63,081 bases of DNA, filler included, from Reclinomonas americana ATCC 50394 (GCA_048213135.1; 29 parts of 29 records of this genome joined end to end with filler, not necessarily neighbours in it); one strand, 5' to 3'; positions 11,754 to 23,360 are shown, numbered from the whole stretch's first letter. Made by a program: numbers and translations. Notes: generated by a model not told the origin, from the letters alone.

Positions 11754-12637
11754 GGCCGCTGGCCGTCGCGCACGCGCCGCTCGGGGAGGACAGCGGATCC
11801 GATCAGCAGGGCCGCGACCAGGGCGCCGAAGAGGAGGTACGTCGACGTCGCCATCGGCCCCGAGTAGACCGTCTGCAGGTTCGCCCACACCATCACCACG
11901 ACCGTCAGTGCGTACGCCAGGAAAATGCGGGCCCATCGCCAGTATCTGCCGAGGGCAGCCGGTCCGGCATCCGTCCTCCACGCGAAGAACCAGCCGACGA
12001 CGATCATCATCAGCACCAGCGTCGAGATGGACGTGGTCAGATCATCGCCGATGCCGATCGACAGTGTGGCCAGCCCCAGCAGCAGCCCGACGGATGCCGT
12101 GGCGATGCGCGTCGCAAGCGGTATCGGATCGCGCGCGGGACGAGCGGCGGGAGCGCTTCCGCGCGCCTTCCAGAGCTGAACGACTCCGATCCCGCCGAAT
12201 CCGACGAGCATGATGGCGCCGGGGATGAAGTACGCCCACATCGGTCGCGCCTCGGGTGAGATCAGCAGGGCGAAGAACGTGCCGACGACCGCGAGGGCGA
12301 AGAGCACGATGAAGACGGTGTACCACCACTTGGAGCGCGGAGTGCGCCACTGCAGGCCGTTCCGCTCTCCCACGCCCGCGATGATCTGCGATGTGACGAG
12401 GAGAAGGAACAGGAGTGGCTGTGCGGCAGAAGACTCCGCCCGCACGACCAGGAGATACGCGGTGAAGATGGCCGCAGTCACCGCGGCGGTGGCGATCGAC
12501 TGCCAGGCGACGGCGCGCCGATCGATCCGCTCCTCACGGCGCTGCTCGATCACCTCGATCTCATCGAGGAAGAGTCGTGCGACCTCAGGAGACGGAGGCT
12601 CGAGGGGCTCGGATCCCTGCATCGACCGCTGCTCCAC
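11750..12637 (-). CDS. Multi-pass membrane protein (about 8 TM), actinobacterial
   Basis: 295-aa ORF with GTG start, alternating hydrophobic segments and high GC3. Confidence 0.8.
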   Translation of the reverse strand: MEQRSMQGSEPLEPPSPEVARLFLDEIEVIEQRREERIDRRAVAWQSIATAAVTAAIFTAYLLVVRAESSAAQPLLFLLLVTSQIIAGVGERNGLQWRTPRSKWWYTVFIVLFALAVVGTFFALLISPEARPMWAYFIPGAIMLVGFGGIGVVQLWKARGSAPAARPARDPIPLATRIATASVGLLLGLATLSIGIGDDLTTSISTLVLMMIVVGWFFAWRTDAGPAALGRYWRWARIFLAYALTVVVMVWANLQTVYSGPMATSTYLLFGALVAALLIGSAVLPERRVRDGQRP

Positions 12638-12655
12638 GGTGGACCCCCACTCTCT

Positions 12656-12694
12656 CTTTCCAGATGGAAAGCATTACTACTTTCCTAATGGAAA
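12656..12694. promoter_or_regulatory. Tandem palindromic operator sites TTTCC-N4-GGAAA
   Basis: CTTTCCAGATGGAAAG (12656-12671) and TTTCCTAATGGAAA (12681-12694) lie in an AT-rich island just upstream of the membrane-protein gene. TTGACG is on the minus strand at 12705-12710. Confidence 0.65.
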
Positions 12695-12727
12695 CCTCTT
12701 GCGACGTCAACCCTTCCCGCGCACGAC

Positions 12728-12758
12728 GAAGGCCGCCCCACACCGTGGGACGGCCTTC
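12728..12758 (-). terminator. Stem-loop terminator downstream of rpsO
   Basis: GAAGGCCGTCCCAC-GGT-GTGGGGCGGCCTTC hairpin about 40 nt after the rpsO stop. Confidence 0.7.
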
Positions 12759-12798
12759 TCAAGAATGTTTTGCGCGATAGTACGCTGGGCGCTCTGCC

Positions 12799-13068
12799 TT
12801 AGCGGCGGAGTCCGAGACGCTCGATCAGCGAACGGTAACGCTCGATGTCGATGTCCTGGAGGTAGCCGAGCAGACGACGGCGCTGACCCACCATGAGGAA
12901 CAGACCACGACGCGAGTGGTGGTCGTGCTTGTGCTCCTTGAGGTGTTCGGTGAGGTCCTTGATGCGCTGCGTCAGCATCGCGACCTGCACCTCGGGGGAT
13001 CCGGTGTCACCGGGGTGCGTCGCGTACTCTTCCATGATCGCCTTCTTGGCGTCTGATTCGAGTGGCAT
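12799..13068 (-). CDS. rpsO: 30S ribosomal protein S15
   Basis: [39 protein letters not shown]...LGLRR, typical of Actinobacteria. SD GAAAGGGG. Confidence 0.98.
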   Translation of the reverse strand: MPLESDAKKAIMEEYATHPGDTGSPEVQVAMLTQRIKDLTEHLKEHKHDHHSRRGLFLMVGQRRRLLGYLQDIDIERYRSLIERLGLRR

Positions 13069-13167
13069 AGATGGGATCCCCTTTCAGTTCGTTGCGCGGC
13101 GCCCGACGCCTGATGCGAGGGCTCTCTTTATCCGCGGCCGATCAAACGGCAACCTGAAGAGTCTACC
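13069..13167 (-). promoter_or_regulatory. rpsO promoter (-10 TAGACT) and putative S15 autoregulatory leader RNA
   Basis: Minus strand reads GGTAGACTCTTCAGGTTGCCGTTTGATCGGCCGCGG...GCGCCGCGCAACGAACTGAAAGGGG. The complementary CCGCG/CGCGG segments fit the structured rpsO leaders known in Actinobacteria. Confidence 0.55.
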
Positions 13168-13254
13168 AGCCGCGGACTCCCCCGAGTGACACGGCCCCGG
13201 CGTGCACCCGTCGACGCTCGGATAGTCTCGGATGGTGCAGATGAGAGCCTTCGA

Positions 13255-13960
13255 GTGAGCGCAGCGCGCGGACACCTGATCGACCTCACCCCGCTGAAGT
13301 CCAGCCCGGCGTTCGCCCGGATGTGGATCGGGTCGACCCTCGCCGGCATCGGCGGGCAGCTCACCATCGTCACCGTGATGCTGCACGTCTTCGCGCTCAC
13401 CCAGAGCACGTTCGCCGTCTCCATGATCGCCGCCGCCGGGCTTCTCCCCATGATCTTCGCCGGCCTGTACGGCGGGATGCTCGCCGACGCCTTCGATCGG
13501 CGCCGCGTCGCTCTCATCGCGGCCACCGTGACCTTCGCCGCCACGGGGCTGCTCGCGACGCTCACCTGGACCGGGAACGAGACGATCTGGTGGCTGTACG
13601 TCCTGAGCATCGTCATCTCGGCGGCGAACTCGGTGGGCATGGCGACGCGCACGGCGATCGTGCCGCGCCTCATCCCGCGGAACATGCTGGCCGCGGCATC
13701 CGCCCTGAACGGCGTGGCCTTCGGTGTCACGGTGATGGCCGGCCCGGCGGTGGCCGGAGTCCTCGTGGCGCTCACCGGCTACGGCTGGACCTACACGATC
13801 GACGTGATCCTGATGCTGTCGATGTTCCTCGGCCTGTGGACGCTGCCCGCGCTCCGCCCCGAGGGCGACATCGTTCGTCCGGGGCTGGCATCCCTTGTCG
13901 ACGGCTGGCGGTTCCTCCGCAGCGCGAGCAACATCCGGATGCAGTACGTCATCGACATCA
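13255..13960 (+). CDS. MFS transporter (EntS/MFS_3-like), 3'-partial; start uncertain
   Basis: LIDLTPLK.SPAFARMW and motif A GGMLADAFDRRRV, with TM helices. Divergent from rpsO. Confidence 0.88.
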
Positions 13961-14060
13961 NNNNNNNNNNNNNNNNNNNNNNNNNNNNNNNNNNNNNNNN
14001 NNNNTTAATTAATTAANNNNNNNNNNNNNNNNNNNNNNNNNNNNNNNNNNNNNNNNNNNN

Positions 14061-14470
14061 TCATGCTCATTGACTTGTACTCTGGCCGCCCACTCTCTTA
14101 CACACTCCTCCAGGGCACACTTCACTCACTCTCACAGGCTCACTGACTTGCACCTCGTTCCTCTAGGGCACTCGTCTCATGCTCACTGACTTGCACCTCG
14201 TTCTCTTACTCTCTTCTGCACTCCTCCAGGGCACACTTCACTCACTCTTCACATGCTTGTTGACTTGCACCTCGTTCTCTCACTCTCTTATACACTCCTC
14301 CAGGGCACTCTGCACTCTGGCGTTGACTGCATTCCGTTCTCTCACTCTTTTATGCTCACATGCTCGCTGACTTGCACCCTGCTCTCTTTGCTCTCCTCTA
14401 GGGCACTCTTTACATGCTCATTGACTTGCATTCCGTTCTCTCACTCCCTCCATTCTCTCACACATACTCC
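14061..14470. repeat. Degenerate intronic minisatellite (CATGCTCACTGACTTGCACCTCGTTCTC...CTCCTCCAGGGCAC)
   Basis: About 6-7 imperfect copies of a TGACTTGCA / CTCC(T/A)GGGCAC unit. Confidence 0.7.
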
Positions 14471-14792
14471 TCAACACTTGATCGCTCACTTGTTGCAATG
14501 CACAATTCAGTGACGCCTCTCTCGTCCCCCCCCCCCTCCCCTCTCTCTCTCTCACACTCATGACCATCTCTCTCCTGTCTTCTCTGTACTCTCTCCCTTC
14601 CACCCCTCTCCGCTCTTCACGCTCATGGACTCATCCATTCACTCCCATTTACTCAGCGCTCTCGCTGCACTCTCGCACACTGACTCCCACACCGCACTAA
14701 CCTCGCCGCACTCCGTTTCACTCACAGCGCCCGCTTTCATCGTATTCTCACTCCTCACTCCTCCCTCCTTCCCCGTTTTCCTCCACCCTGCA

Positions 14793-15823
14793 GCGACACG
14801 CGCACCTCGACCACCCGCGAATTCACTGTGGACTTTGCGCTGCCGGTGGACACGGACGCTGTGGTGCTCTCGCAGGTGCTGTGCGACCCGGTCGTGGCGT
14901 GGCTGTTGGAGGGTTTCAACTGCTCGGTGATCAGCTACGGGCTTGCTGGTGAGTCGGAGAAGGAGAGAGGGGGGGTGAGGTGCACACAAAGGAACATTGT
15001 ACTGCATGTTCCCTCCCATTGGCACCTCCGTTCGCTCTAATTCTCATGATGCCTCTCTTTCTCACTCTCTTACTTTCTCACTCACTTGCACAATCGTTCG
15101 CTTCCTCCTTTCCGCTCGCTTATGATCACTCTCTCTCTCTCTCCCTCCCTCCTCTCACCTTCATTTTCTTCTATTCCTCGCCACCCTCTCCTGTTTCTCA
15201 CCCCCTTCTCCTTCCGTTCGACACAGGCTCTGGCAAATCGGTGGCACTCTTCTGCGACTCGCACGACCGCTTCAGCACCGAGGCCATTGTGCCATCCATG
15301 ATTCGTGCCGCGTTCAGCGAGGTCTTGGAACGCAGTGATGGTGCGCGCTATGTTGTCATGCATCTCCACGATTTCATTTCGCCTGACACCCGACTCCACA
15401 GCCATGGATTACTCGTTTGCACTGTCGATCTGGGAACTAACCGGCACGGCCTCTCGCGATTTGCTGCGCATTGCCGGTGTGTTTTGCTCGTATACCGCAG
15501 TACTGTGTGTGTACGTGTGACTCTCACCGACTAACTGCATGCAGACAACAAATACGCATCGACGCGCTCGCCGTATGCCACTGTCGACGTGGTGTCGTTT
15601 GAGGACGCCATGCAGGTGCTACAAGTCGGCCTCATGAATTCTCTAAGCTGGACGACAGCCACTCCCGGCGGCGGTACGTCTGCCTGCCTGTGTCCGCCTC
15701 TGAACGACATGTCTTGTCTCACACACCCGCGTTGCAGTACTCTCACCGGTTCCCAATGCCTCCCATGTATTCGTACGCTTCCATGTATTCAACACGCAAA
15801 GGCGAACCGCCAGCTCCCTTCAT
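14793..15823 (+). CDS. Divergent kinesin-like motor domain, spliced fragment
   Basis: Exons join to VVAWLLEGFNCSVISYGLA|GSGKS (kinesin P-loop context), then IVPSMIRAAF and FALSIWELTGTASRDLL. Confidence 0.65.
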
Positions 15824-16122
15824 GTTGCGTCTCTCTCATCCTCCAACTGGTCTTCCACTTGAGTGCTGGTTTGCCTCTCTTTCCTTGTACCCCGTCTCTC
15901 CATCTGCCACCCGCTCGGCTTTGCCGTCTCTCGTTCCCCACTTCTCGTTTCTCACCTTTACTCTTTCAGTGTTCTCGCTACGCTTCCTCTCCTTTGTCGC
16001 CTCTTTATTTTCTTCCTTCCCTCTTCTCCTCTTCACTCTCCTGCCCCTTTCTCCTTTCTCCCTTCTCTTCCCCCTTCTCCTTTCCCCTTCTCCTTTCCCC
16101 TTCTCCTTTCCCCTTCTCCTTT

Positions 16123-16200
16123 CCCCCTGGTCCTTCCCCCTGGTCCTTCCCCCTGGTCCTTCCCCCTGGTCCTTCCCCCTGGTCCTTCCCCCTGGTCCTT
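16123..16200. repeat. 13-nt tandem repeat (CCCCCTGGTCCTT)x6 in a pyrimidine-rich tract
   Basis: Directly visible. Confidence 0.9.
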
Positions 16201-16392
16201 CCCTGTTCCTTCCCTGTTCCTACCCCTGTTCCTTGCCCCTGTTCCTTCCCTCTGTTCCTTCCCCCTTTTTCCTTCCCCCTTTTTCCTTCCCCNNNNNNNN
16301 NNNNNNNNNNNNNNNNNNNNNNNNNNNNNNNNNNNNTTAATTAATTAANNNNNNNNNNNNNNNNNNNNNNNNNNNNNNNNNNNNNNNNNNNN

Positions 16393-16657
16393 CCTGCCGA
16401 AGCGCATCGACAACATCATCACGCGCATCGACGACGGCAACGTGTCGTTCGACACCTCGCGCCTCGAACGCCGCCTCGACCGGCTCGAGGGCATCGCCCG
16501 TCGCATCGCGTCAGGAGTGCTCTTCGCCGCGATGCTCGTTGGCGGAGCCCTGCTCGTCACGCCGCTGCCTCCGCTCGGCATCACGCTGATCTGCGTCTCG
16601 GCGCTGCCTCTGCTGCACGCGGTCTTCGCGGGAGTCGGGCGGCGCGGGCCGCGCTGA
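16393..16657 (+). CDS. C-terminus of a probable ABC1/AarF/UbiB-family kinase; actinobacterial
   Basis: LPKRIDNIITRIDDG...LERRLDRLE followed by two TM helices, the typical C-terminal layout of this family. Confidence 0.6.
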
Positions 16658-16660
16658 CGC

Positions 16661-16712
16661 GCTTCCCCAGACTCAGCGCCTCAGGGCTGGGTCCCTGAGC
16701 CTGTCGAAGGGG
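16661..16712. repeat. REP-like intergenic inverted pair (CCTTCGACAGGCTCAGG type)
   Basis: GGTCCCTGAGCCTGTCGAAGGG with a degenerate inverted partner GCTTCCCCAGACTCAGCGCC just upstream. Confidence 0.6.
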
Positions 16713-16731
16713 CATGGGAGAATGGTCTTCC

Positions 16732-18616
16732 ATGGAGACCCCTGACGAGAAGCCCGCCGCACGCTCCGAAGGACCACCGCCGGGAACGGGCATCGTCCCG
16801 ACCGCGAAGAAGATCGTCCGCGACATCGCCGCGGTTCCGCCGCGCAGCGTGCACCCGGCGCTCGTGCCCGGCGTCTCGGTCGAGGAGACCGGCCGCTCGT
16901 ACCGCACGGATCCGCTCGTCTTCGGCATCGCGGTCGCTCTGACCGTCGCCTTCATCGCCTGGGGGGTGTTCGCGGGCGACAACCTCGCCGGAACCACCCG
17001 GACCGTCCTCGACGCCGTCGTCGAGTACACCGGCTTCTTCTTCACGACCATCGCCACGGTCATCCTGGTGTTCATGCTCTTCATCGGCTTCAGCCGCTAC
17101 GGTCGCATCCCGCTCGGCCGCGACGACGAAGAGCCCGAATTCTCGATGTTCTCGTGGATCTCGATGCTGTTCGCGGCCGGCATGGGCATCGGGCTCGTGT
17201 TCTGGGGCGCGGCCGAGCCCCTCACCTTCTTCGAGAACCCGCCGCCTGGAACCGTCGAGGCGAACACCCTCGAGGCGATGCACACCGCGCAGGCGCAGGT
17301 GCTCTACCACTGGGGTCCGCAGGCCTGGGCCTTCTACGCGCTCGTCGGAGGGGCCATCGCCTACGGCGCCTTCCGCCGCGGCCGCACCCCGCTCATCTCC
17401 TCGATCTTCGCGCCGCTCCTCGGCGAGCACCGCACCACGGGACCCCTCGGCCGCACGATCGATGTCTTCTCGATCATCGTGACGCTGTTCGGCACCGCGG
17501 CATCCCTCGGGCTCGGCGCCCTGCAGATCGGGCACGGCGTCGAGATCGTCACCGGGATCGGCGAGCTGGGCAACGGCATCCTGATCGCGGCGATCGCCGT
17601 GCTGACCGCCTGCTTCATCGCGTCGGCGGTCTCGGGCGTCTCCAAGGGCATCCGCGCGCTGTCGAACATCAACGCGGTCGCCGCGCTCATCCTGGCGTTC
17701 TTCGTGTTCTTCGTCGGTCCGACGCTGCTCATCCTCAACGTGATCCCGTCGGTCGCGGTGCAGTTCCTCGGCGATCTGCCGACGATGATCGCCCGCTCGG
17801 CCTCGCAGGGTGACGAAGCCCAGACGTTCCTGTCGACCTGGACGATCTTCTACTGGGCGTGGTGGATCTCGTGGTCGCCGTTCGTCGGCATGTTCATCGC
17901 GAAGATCTCGCGCGGACGCTCCCTCCGCCAGTTCGTTTCGGTCGTCATCGTCGTGCCCTCGGCCATCTCGCTGGTGTGGTTCTCGATCTTCGGCACGACG
18001 GCCATCCAGCAGCAGATGGACGGTGCCGGACTGAACGTCGACCCGCCGGAGGAGGTGCTCTTCGGCGTGCTCGGGAACCTCCCGTTCCCGCTGGTCACCA
18101 GCATCCTGCTCATCTTGCTGATCTCGATCTTCTTCATCACCGGCGCGGACTCCGCCTCGCTGGTGATGGGCACGCTGTCGCAGCAGGGTCGACCTGAGCC
18201 CGCGCGCTGGGTGACGGTCATCTGGGGCGTGCTGGTCGGTGTGATCGCCGCGGTGCTGCTCATCTCGGGTGAGGAGGGGAGCGGACTCCGCTCACTGCAG
18301 AACGTGACGATCATCGCCGCGCTCCCCTTCGCGGTGATCATGGCATTCATGATGGTCGCGTTCATGAAGGATCTGCGGCGCGATCCGCTGATCCTCCGCG
18401 ACCGCTACGCCCGGATGGCCGTGCGGCACAGCGTCATGGCCGGACTCGAGGAGTACGGCGACGACTTCGCCCTCGTGCCGGTCGAGTACGACCACTCCGA
18501 GGACGACCTCGCCTGGATCGACGAGGACTCGGTCGACGACACCCTCGCCGAGGTCTACGAGGCCGCCACCGAGGCGATCGACATCATCCCCGTCGAGGCG
18601 GATGCCGAACCGGATC
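16732..18616 (+). CDS. BCCT-family (betaine/choline/carnitine) transporter with acidic C-tail, 3'-partial
   Basis: SWISMLFAAGMGIGLVFWGAAEP, HWG..AWAFY and WTIFYWAWWISWSPFVGMFIAKISRGR signatures. Confidence 0.95.
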
Positions 18617-18716
18617 NNNNNNNNNNNNNNNNNNNNNNNNNNNNNNNNNNNNNNNNNNNNTTAATTAATTAANNNNNNNNNNNNNNNNNNNNNNNNNNNN
18701 NNNNNNNNNNNNNNNN

Positions 18717-19625
18717 TCCAGCGCCGACGGCACGAAGGTGGTGGCGAGTGTGTACAGCGGTCAGATCTACACGCTGGATCTCAGCGGCAGCTGCTGTGTG
18801 CCGAACTGCACCGGCAAGTCGTGCGGCAGTGACGGGTGCGGCGGATCGTGTGGCACGTGCGGAGCCAACACGCAGTGCAATACGTCGTCGTTCCAGTGCG
18901 AGTCCGAGTGTCTGTCGGACTGCAACGGCAAGTCGTGCGGCAGTGACGGTTGCGGCGGATCGTGTGGCGCGTGCGGTCCCAATCAGCAGTGCAACTTGTC
19001 GTCCCAGTGCGAGTGTGTGCCGGACTGTGCTGGCAAGTCGTGCGGCGATGACGGTTGCAGCGGATCGTGCGGCTCCTGCACCGTCGGCGACTTGCTCATC
19101 TCCGAATACGTCGAGGGCACCAGCAACAACAAGTACCTGGAAATCTACAACAACAGCGCCTCCGCTGCGGACCTCACGAACTACGAATTGAGGCTGTTCA
19201 CCAATGGCGCTTCCACTGCAACACAAACTCTGCAGCTGTCGACACTTTCTGGCTTGCCCTCAACATCGTTGGCGTCGGGAGGAATTCTCGTGATTCGCAA
19301 CTCGTCGGCCACACTGACACTGCCGACCGGCGTTACGTCGTATGCGAATAACACGGTCATGGCTTACAACGGCGATGACGCAATCGGCATCTGGAAGAAG
19401 TCGACATCTGCCTACGTGGACATCTTCGGCGTCATTGGACAGAGACCCAGTACCTCGTGGACTTCCGGCTCATTCACCACGGTCGACAAGACGCTGCGCC
19501 GCAAGTCGTCTGTCCTCTCGGGCGTCACGACGAATCCATCGACATTCGCGACGCTGGCGACGGAGTGGGATCAGTTCAACGTCGACACTGTATCTGGCAT
19601 CGGCTCGCACTCGATCACCGGGTAG
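18717..19625 (+). CDS. C-terminal part of a secreted protein: last SSADGTK propeller repeat, three Cys-rich CxGKSCGxDGCGGSCGxC repeats, and a lamin-tail (LTD) domain
   Basis: Open frame from the contig start (SSADGTKVVASVYSGQIYT). LTD motifs LLISEYVEGTSNNKYLEIYN, YNGDDAI and DKTLRRK. TAG at 19623-19625. Confidence 0.85.
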   Translation, partial: SSADGTKVVASVYSGQIYTLDLSGSCCVPNCTGKSCGSDGCGGSCGTCGANTQCNTSSFQCESECLSDCNGKSCGSDGCGGSCGACGPNQQCNLSSQCECVPDCAGKSCGDDGCSGSCGSCTVGDLLISEYVEGTSNNKYLEIYNNSASAADLTNYELRLFTNGASTATQTLQLSTLSGLPSTSLASGGILVIRNSSATLTLPTGVTSYANNTVMAYNGDDAIGIWKKSTSAYVDIFGVIGQRPSTSWTSGSFTTVDKTLRRKSSVLSGVTTNPSTFATLATEWDQFNVDTVSGIGSHSITG

Positions 19626-20246
19626 TCTGGAGGAATGCAGGCAACTGGAACCCGCACCGCAGCGGAAGCGCGTTCTGCGTCACCCAATCGTGAATAAACC
19701 GATCATGATCACGTGCACGTGGTTCCTTACCGTACTATTCGAGTTATTTAAGTTTCTGTTGTCTCGATTCTCTGCACTACGTGATACGTTTATTACAGGA
19801 GGAATGGGTTGCACATAGTTGGTTACGTTAAATGCAACATTTTCCATGCCAGATTCGCCGCACAACAAACTCCGTAAATTTGGGTTTCGCACATTCGCGA
19901 CACTCTTCTCTACTCTACCTCGCTGCGACAGAACTGCGTGGTAATTCACACACAGTGCGAGTCTCTTCAGATACTGGTGAGTGCTTCAGCTTTGCATCTT
20001 GTACACGTCGTCGTGCAGCAGCTGGTACAGTCGTCGTGCACGTGAGCAGCACACGATACATGCGCCGGCCCACTTCGTACCCACTCACGCCTTTCTCTCT
20101 CTCTCACACACACACACACATACACATAATGTCACCCACCATTCGCTCGAGCCATTCGGGTTCGCGAGAAGTACATGTGCATTGTCAGCACACGTTCGCC
20201 CCGTTTTCGCGCGCTTTAAATTTTCCAGCGGTCTTACCGCGCGTGC

Positions 20247-20283
<37 letters not shown>

Positions 20284-20311
20284 TGTGTGGCAGTGCTTGA
20301 CGTAAACTACA

Positions 20312-20940
20312 ATGACAACTTCGACCAGCGTGCTTGTGGCACTGGTGCTGGCGCTGGTGTGCGCTTCGGCGCTTGTTCACGCTCACGACTCGTCCATCAG
20401 CGTCCGTTGCGTTTTTTTGCATGCACATGACGGTGGTCATGCATTCTCTTTCCCTGTAGCCTCATCGTGACTGACGACGACTGCTAAACACCAGGTGGAG
20501 GGACCACATGTGCGGCACCGACTGCCGCAACTGCTCACGAGTCGAAGCGCATTTGGTGGTCGGTGGCCTCCAACGCCGACGGCAGCAAGCTGGTGGCCGT
20601 CGTCGAGTTCGGCCGCATCTACACCTCCACCGACTCGGGTGCGACATGGACGCCGCGCGACACGAATCGCTACTGGGTCAGTGTGGCCTCCAGCACCGAC
20701 GGCACCAAGCTGGTGGCCTGTGTCTACTGCAACGGCAACATCTACACCTCCACCGACTCGGGCGCGACGTGGACGCCGCGCGCTTCCACGCAAGCGTGGT
20801 CGGCGGTGGCCTCCAGCGCTGACGGCACCAAGCTGGTGGCAGTGGCCGTGGGTGACTCCATCTACACCTCCACTGATTCCGGTGTGTCGTGGACGCCGCG
20901 CGATTCTCATCGCCAGTGGGTTGCTGTGGCCTCCAGCGCT
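20312..20940 (+). CDS. N-terminal part of a paralogous secreted beta-propeller repeat protein (signal-peptide exon 20312-20405, intron 20406-20494)
   Basis: MTTSTSVLVALVLALVCASALVHA. The phase-1 GTTGCGT...CCAG intron joins in frame to about 40-aa repeats W.SVASSADGTKLVA...IYTSTDSGATWTPR. Confidence 0.8.
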
Positions 20941-21208
20941 NNNNNNNNNNNNNNNNNNNNNNNNNNNNNNNNNNNNNNNNNNNNTTAATTAATTAANNNN
21001 NNNNNNNNNNNNNNNNNNNNNNNNNNNNNNNNNNNNNNNNAACACATACACACAGCGTGCTGTCAATGACCTGCGCGTCACTACGCGCCTCGGCATTCGT
21101 GCATTCTCCAAGCACGTGAGTGTGTCACGAACACACGCACATGCTCACATATGAGTGAGAGAGAGAGACGACTGATTTTTCCGCGCTTGTCTGTCATTTT
21201 TGATGAGC

Positions 21209-23205
21209 AGCAGGAGCACTCTGCTCCGATCCCGCCGACTGCGAATCTGCATCGCGATGTGGTGCCTGCGTTGCCCAAGGCGGCAAACCTTGCGCCTGCG
21301 CATGTGACCTCTTTGGAGCACTATCACGAAATGTATCGTCGTTCCATTGAGCAGCCGGAGGAGTTCTGGAGTGAGCAGGCCTCGCAGTTCTACTGGAAGC
21401 AGCCGTGGAACAAGGTCGATTCTCATATGCTGTGTTTGTGTGCGGTGACGTGTGTGATAGTCGGTGCTGAGTGTGCCCCGCGTCAGGTTCTGTCGCACAA
21501 CTTTGATGTGCGTCAGGGACCGATCAACATTCGCTGGTTCGAGGGTGCGACGACCAACTTGTGCTACAACTGTGTGGATCGCCACTTGGAGAAGCACGGC
21601 GATACGGTGCGCCTGAGAGAGGGAGGGAGAGAGAGAGAGAGAGGAACAGGCAAGCGTTGTCCGTCTAATAATGTTATGCAGACGGCCTTCTTCTGGGAGG
21701 GCAACGACGGCGAGAGTCGCCAGATGACGTACCGTGAGCTGCACGAGCAGGTGTGCCGCTTCGCCAATGTGCTGCGCGCGCAAGGCGTGAAGAAGGGCGA
21801 CCGTGTGGCCGTGTATATGCCGATGGTGCCGGAGCTGCCGGTCATTGTTGCGTTGCATTGGTGGCATTTTTTCTCTTCTTTTTTCGGCCCTCATCTCACC
21901 GCTTTGTCGACACAGCTGCTGGCCTGCGCTCGGTGGGTCACTGTTGAGCTGCATGCGTGTGCGCCGTGAGCGACTCACTTTTCTTTTGCGTGGGCAGTAT
22001 CGGTGCTCCGCACTCGGTGGTGTTTGGCGGCTTTGCGCCGGACTCCCTCGCCGGTCGCATCTCCAATGCCGGGGTACGTGTGTGTGTGGTCGTCTGTCGT
22101 GTGCTGCATAGTGCATGAGTTGACAAGGCCCGTGCGCAGGCCAAGGTGTTGGTGACTGCCGACGGGTGCAACCGCGGTGACAAGGTACGATGCATCATCT
22201 CCGTTGCGGAATCCTGATCTCGACTCAAATGATGCATCGATGATGGCACACGTGTGCAGAAAGTTCACCTGAAGCAGATCGCCGATGAGGCCATGGACAT
22301 TGCGGCGAAGCGCGGTGATGTTGTGGACAAGTGCATCGTGTTCCGTCGGTTCGTGTGTGTGTGGGTCCACATGTCGTTCCTCTTTAACGCAAGTGACATG
22401 CTCTCGTTGCAGCCACCCGAACGATCCGTCGTTCAAGATCAACATGAAGAGCGGTCGCGATCTCGAGTGGTCAACGGAGATGAGCAAGGCATCGACGGAC
22501 TGCCCGGTGGAGTGGGTCGACAGCGAGCATCCTCTCTTTGTGCTGGTGTGTGGTTTTGCAAGAGAGAGAGAGAGAGAGAGAGCAACAATATGGACTCATT
22601 TGTGTGGAATACTGCCACTCGCGCGCAGTACACTTCGGGCTCCACTGGTGGGTCTCCGGCAGCGCTCTGCCCACTTTTGCTTATGCGCGCCAACTAACTC
22701 GGTCTCCTTGCAGGTGCGCCCAAGGGTGTCGTCCACACCACTGGTGGCTGTTGCGTTGATGCACGTGGGTGCATTTGTGCGAGTGCATGCCGCAAGCTCA
22801 CGTCTGCATCACAGACATGGTGTGGACGTCCTCGACGTGGAAGTGGACGTTCGATTACCACCCCGGCGAGACGTTCTTCTGCACTGCCGACATTGGATGG
22901 TGCGTGAGGCTGAAAGGAAGACACGATCCATGCATACTCGTGGTTGACTGTGCGTGTAATGCAGGGTTGCCGGTCACTCGTTCATGGTGCGACTCGGATG
23001 AGCCGCTGTGGTGTTGCTCGTTGTGGTGTGCGCGCTGACAGAGTTCGCATTCTAGGTGTATGGACCGCTGAACAACCGCGCCACGCAAGTGCTGTTTGAG
23101 GGCGTCCCGGTGCACCCAGGTGTGTTGAATGTGCATGTATACATGCAAGAGGGCGTACAGTGACTGACTCGTGTGTGTGAGACAGGGCCCGATCGCCTCT
23201 GGAAC
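21209..23205 (+). CDS. ACS: Acetyl-CoA synthetase (AMP-forming), eukaryotic, at least 14 introns, partial
   Basis: WFEGATTNLCYNCVDRH, GVKKGDRVAVYMPM, ACARIGAPHSVVFGGF, YTSGSTGAPKGVVHTTGGY and CTADIGWVAGHS after splicing. Confidence 0.93.
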
Positions 23206-23360
23206 GTGAGTATGCCAGCTGCGTGCGTGCATTCAATGGAGAACGTGAATTCACTCGCCGNNNNNNNNNNNNNNNNNNNNNNNNNNNNNNNNNNNNNNNN
23301 NNNNTTAATTAATTAANNNNNNNNNNNNNNNNNNNNNNNNNNNNNNNNNNNNNNNNNNNN

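Noticed and set aside
11729..18616. Bacterial genes beside eukaryotic contigs as HGT or as one gene cluster
   Set aside because: They are separated by spacers, and the bacterial contigs keep SD sites, operons and terminators, so they are co-assembled organisms.
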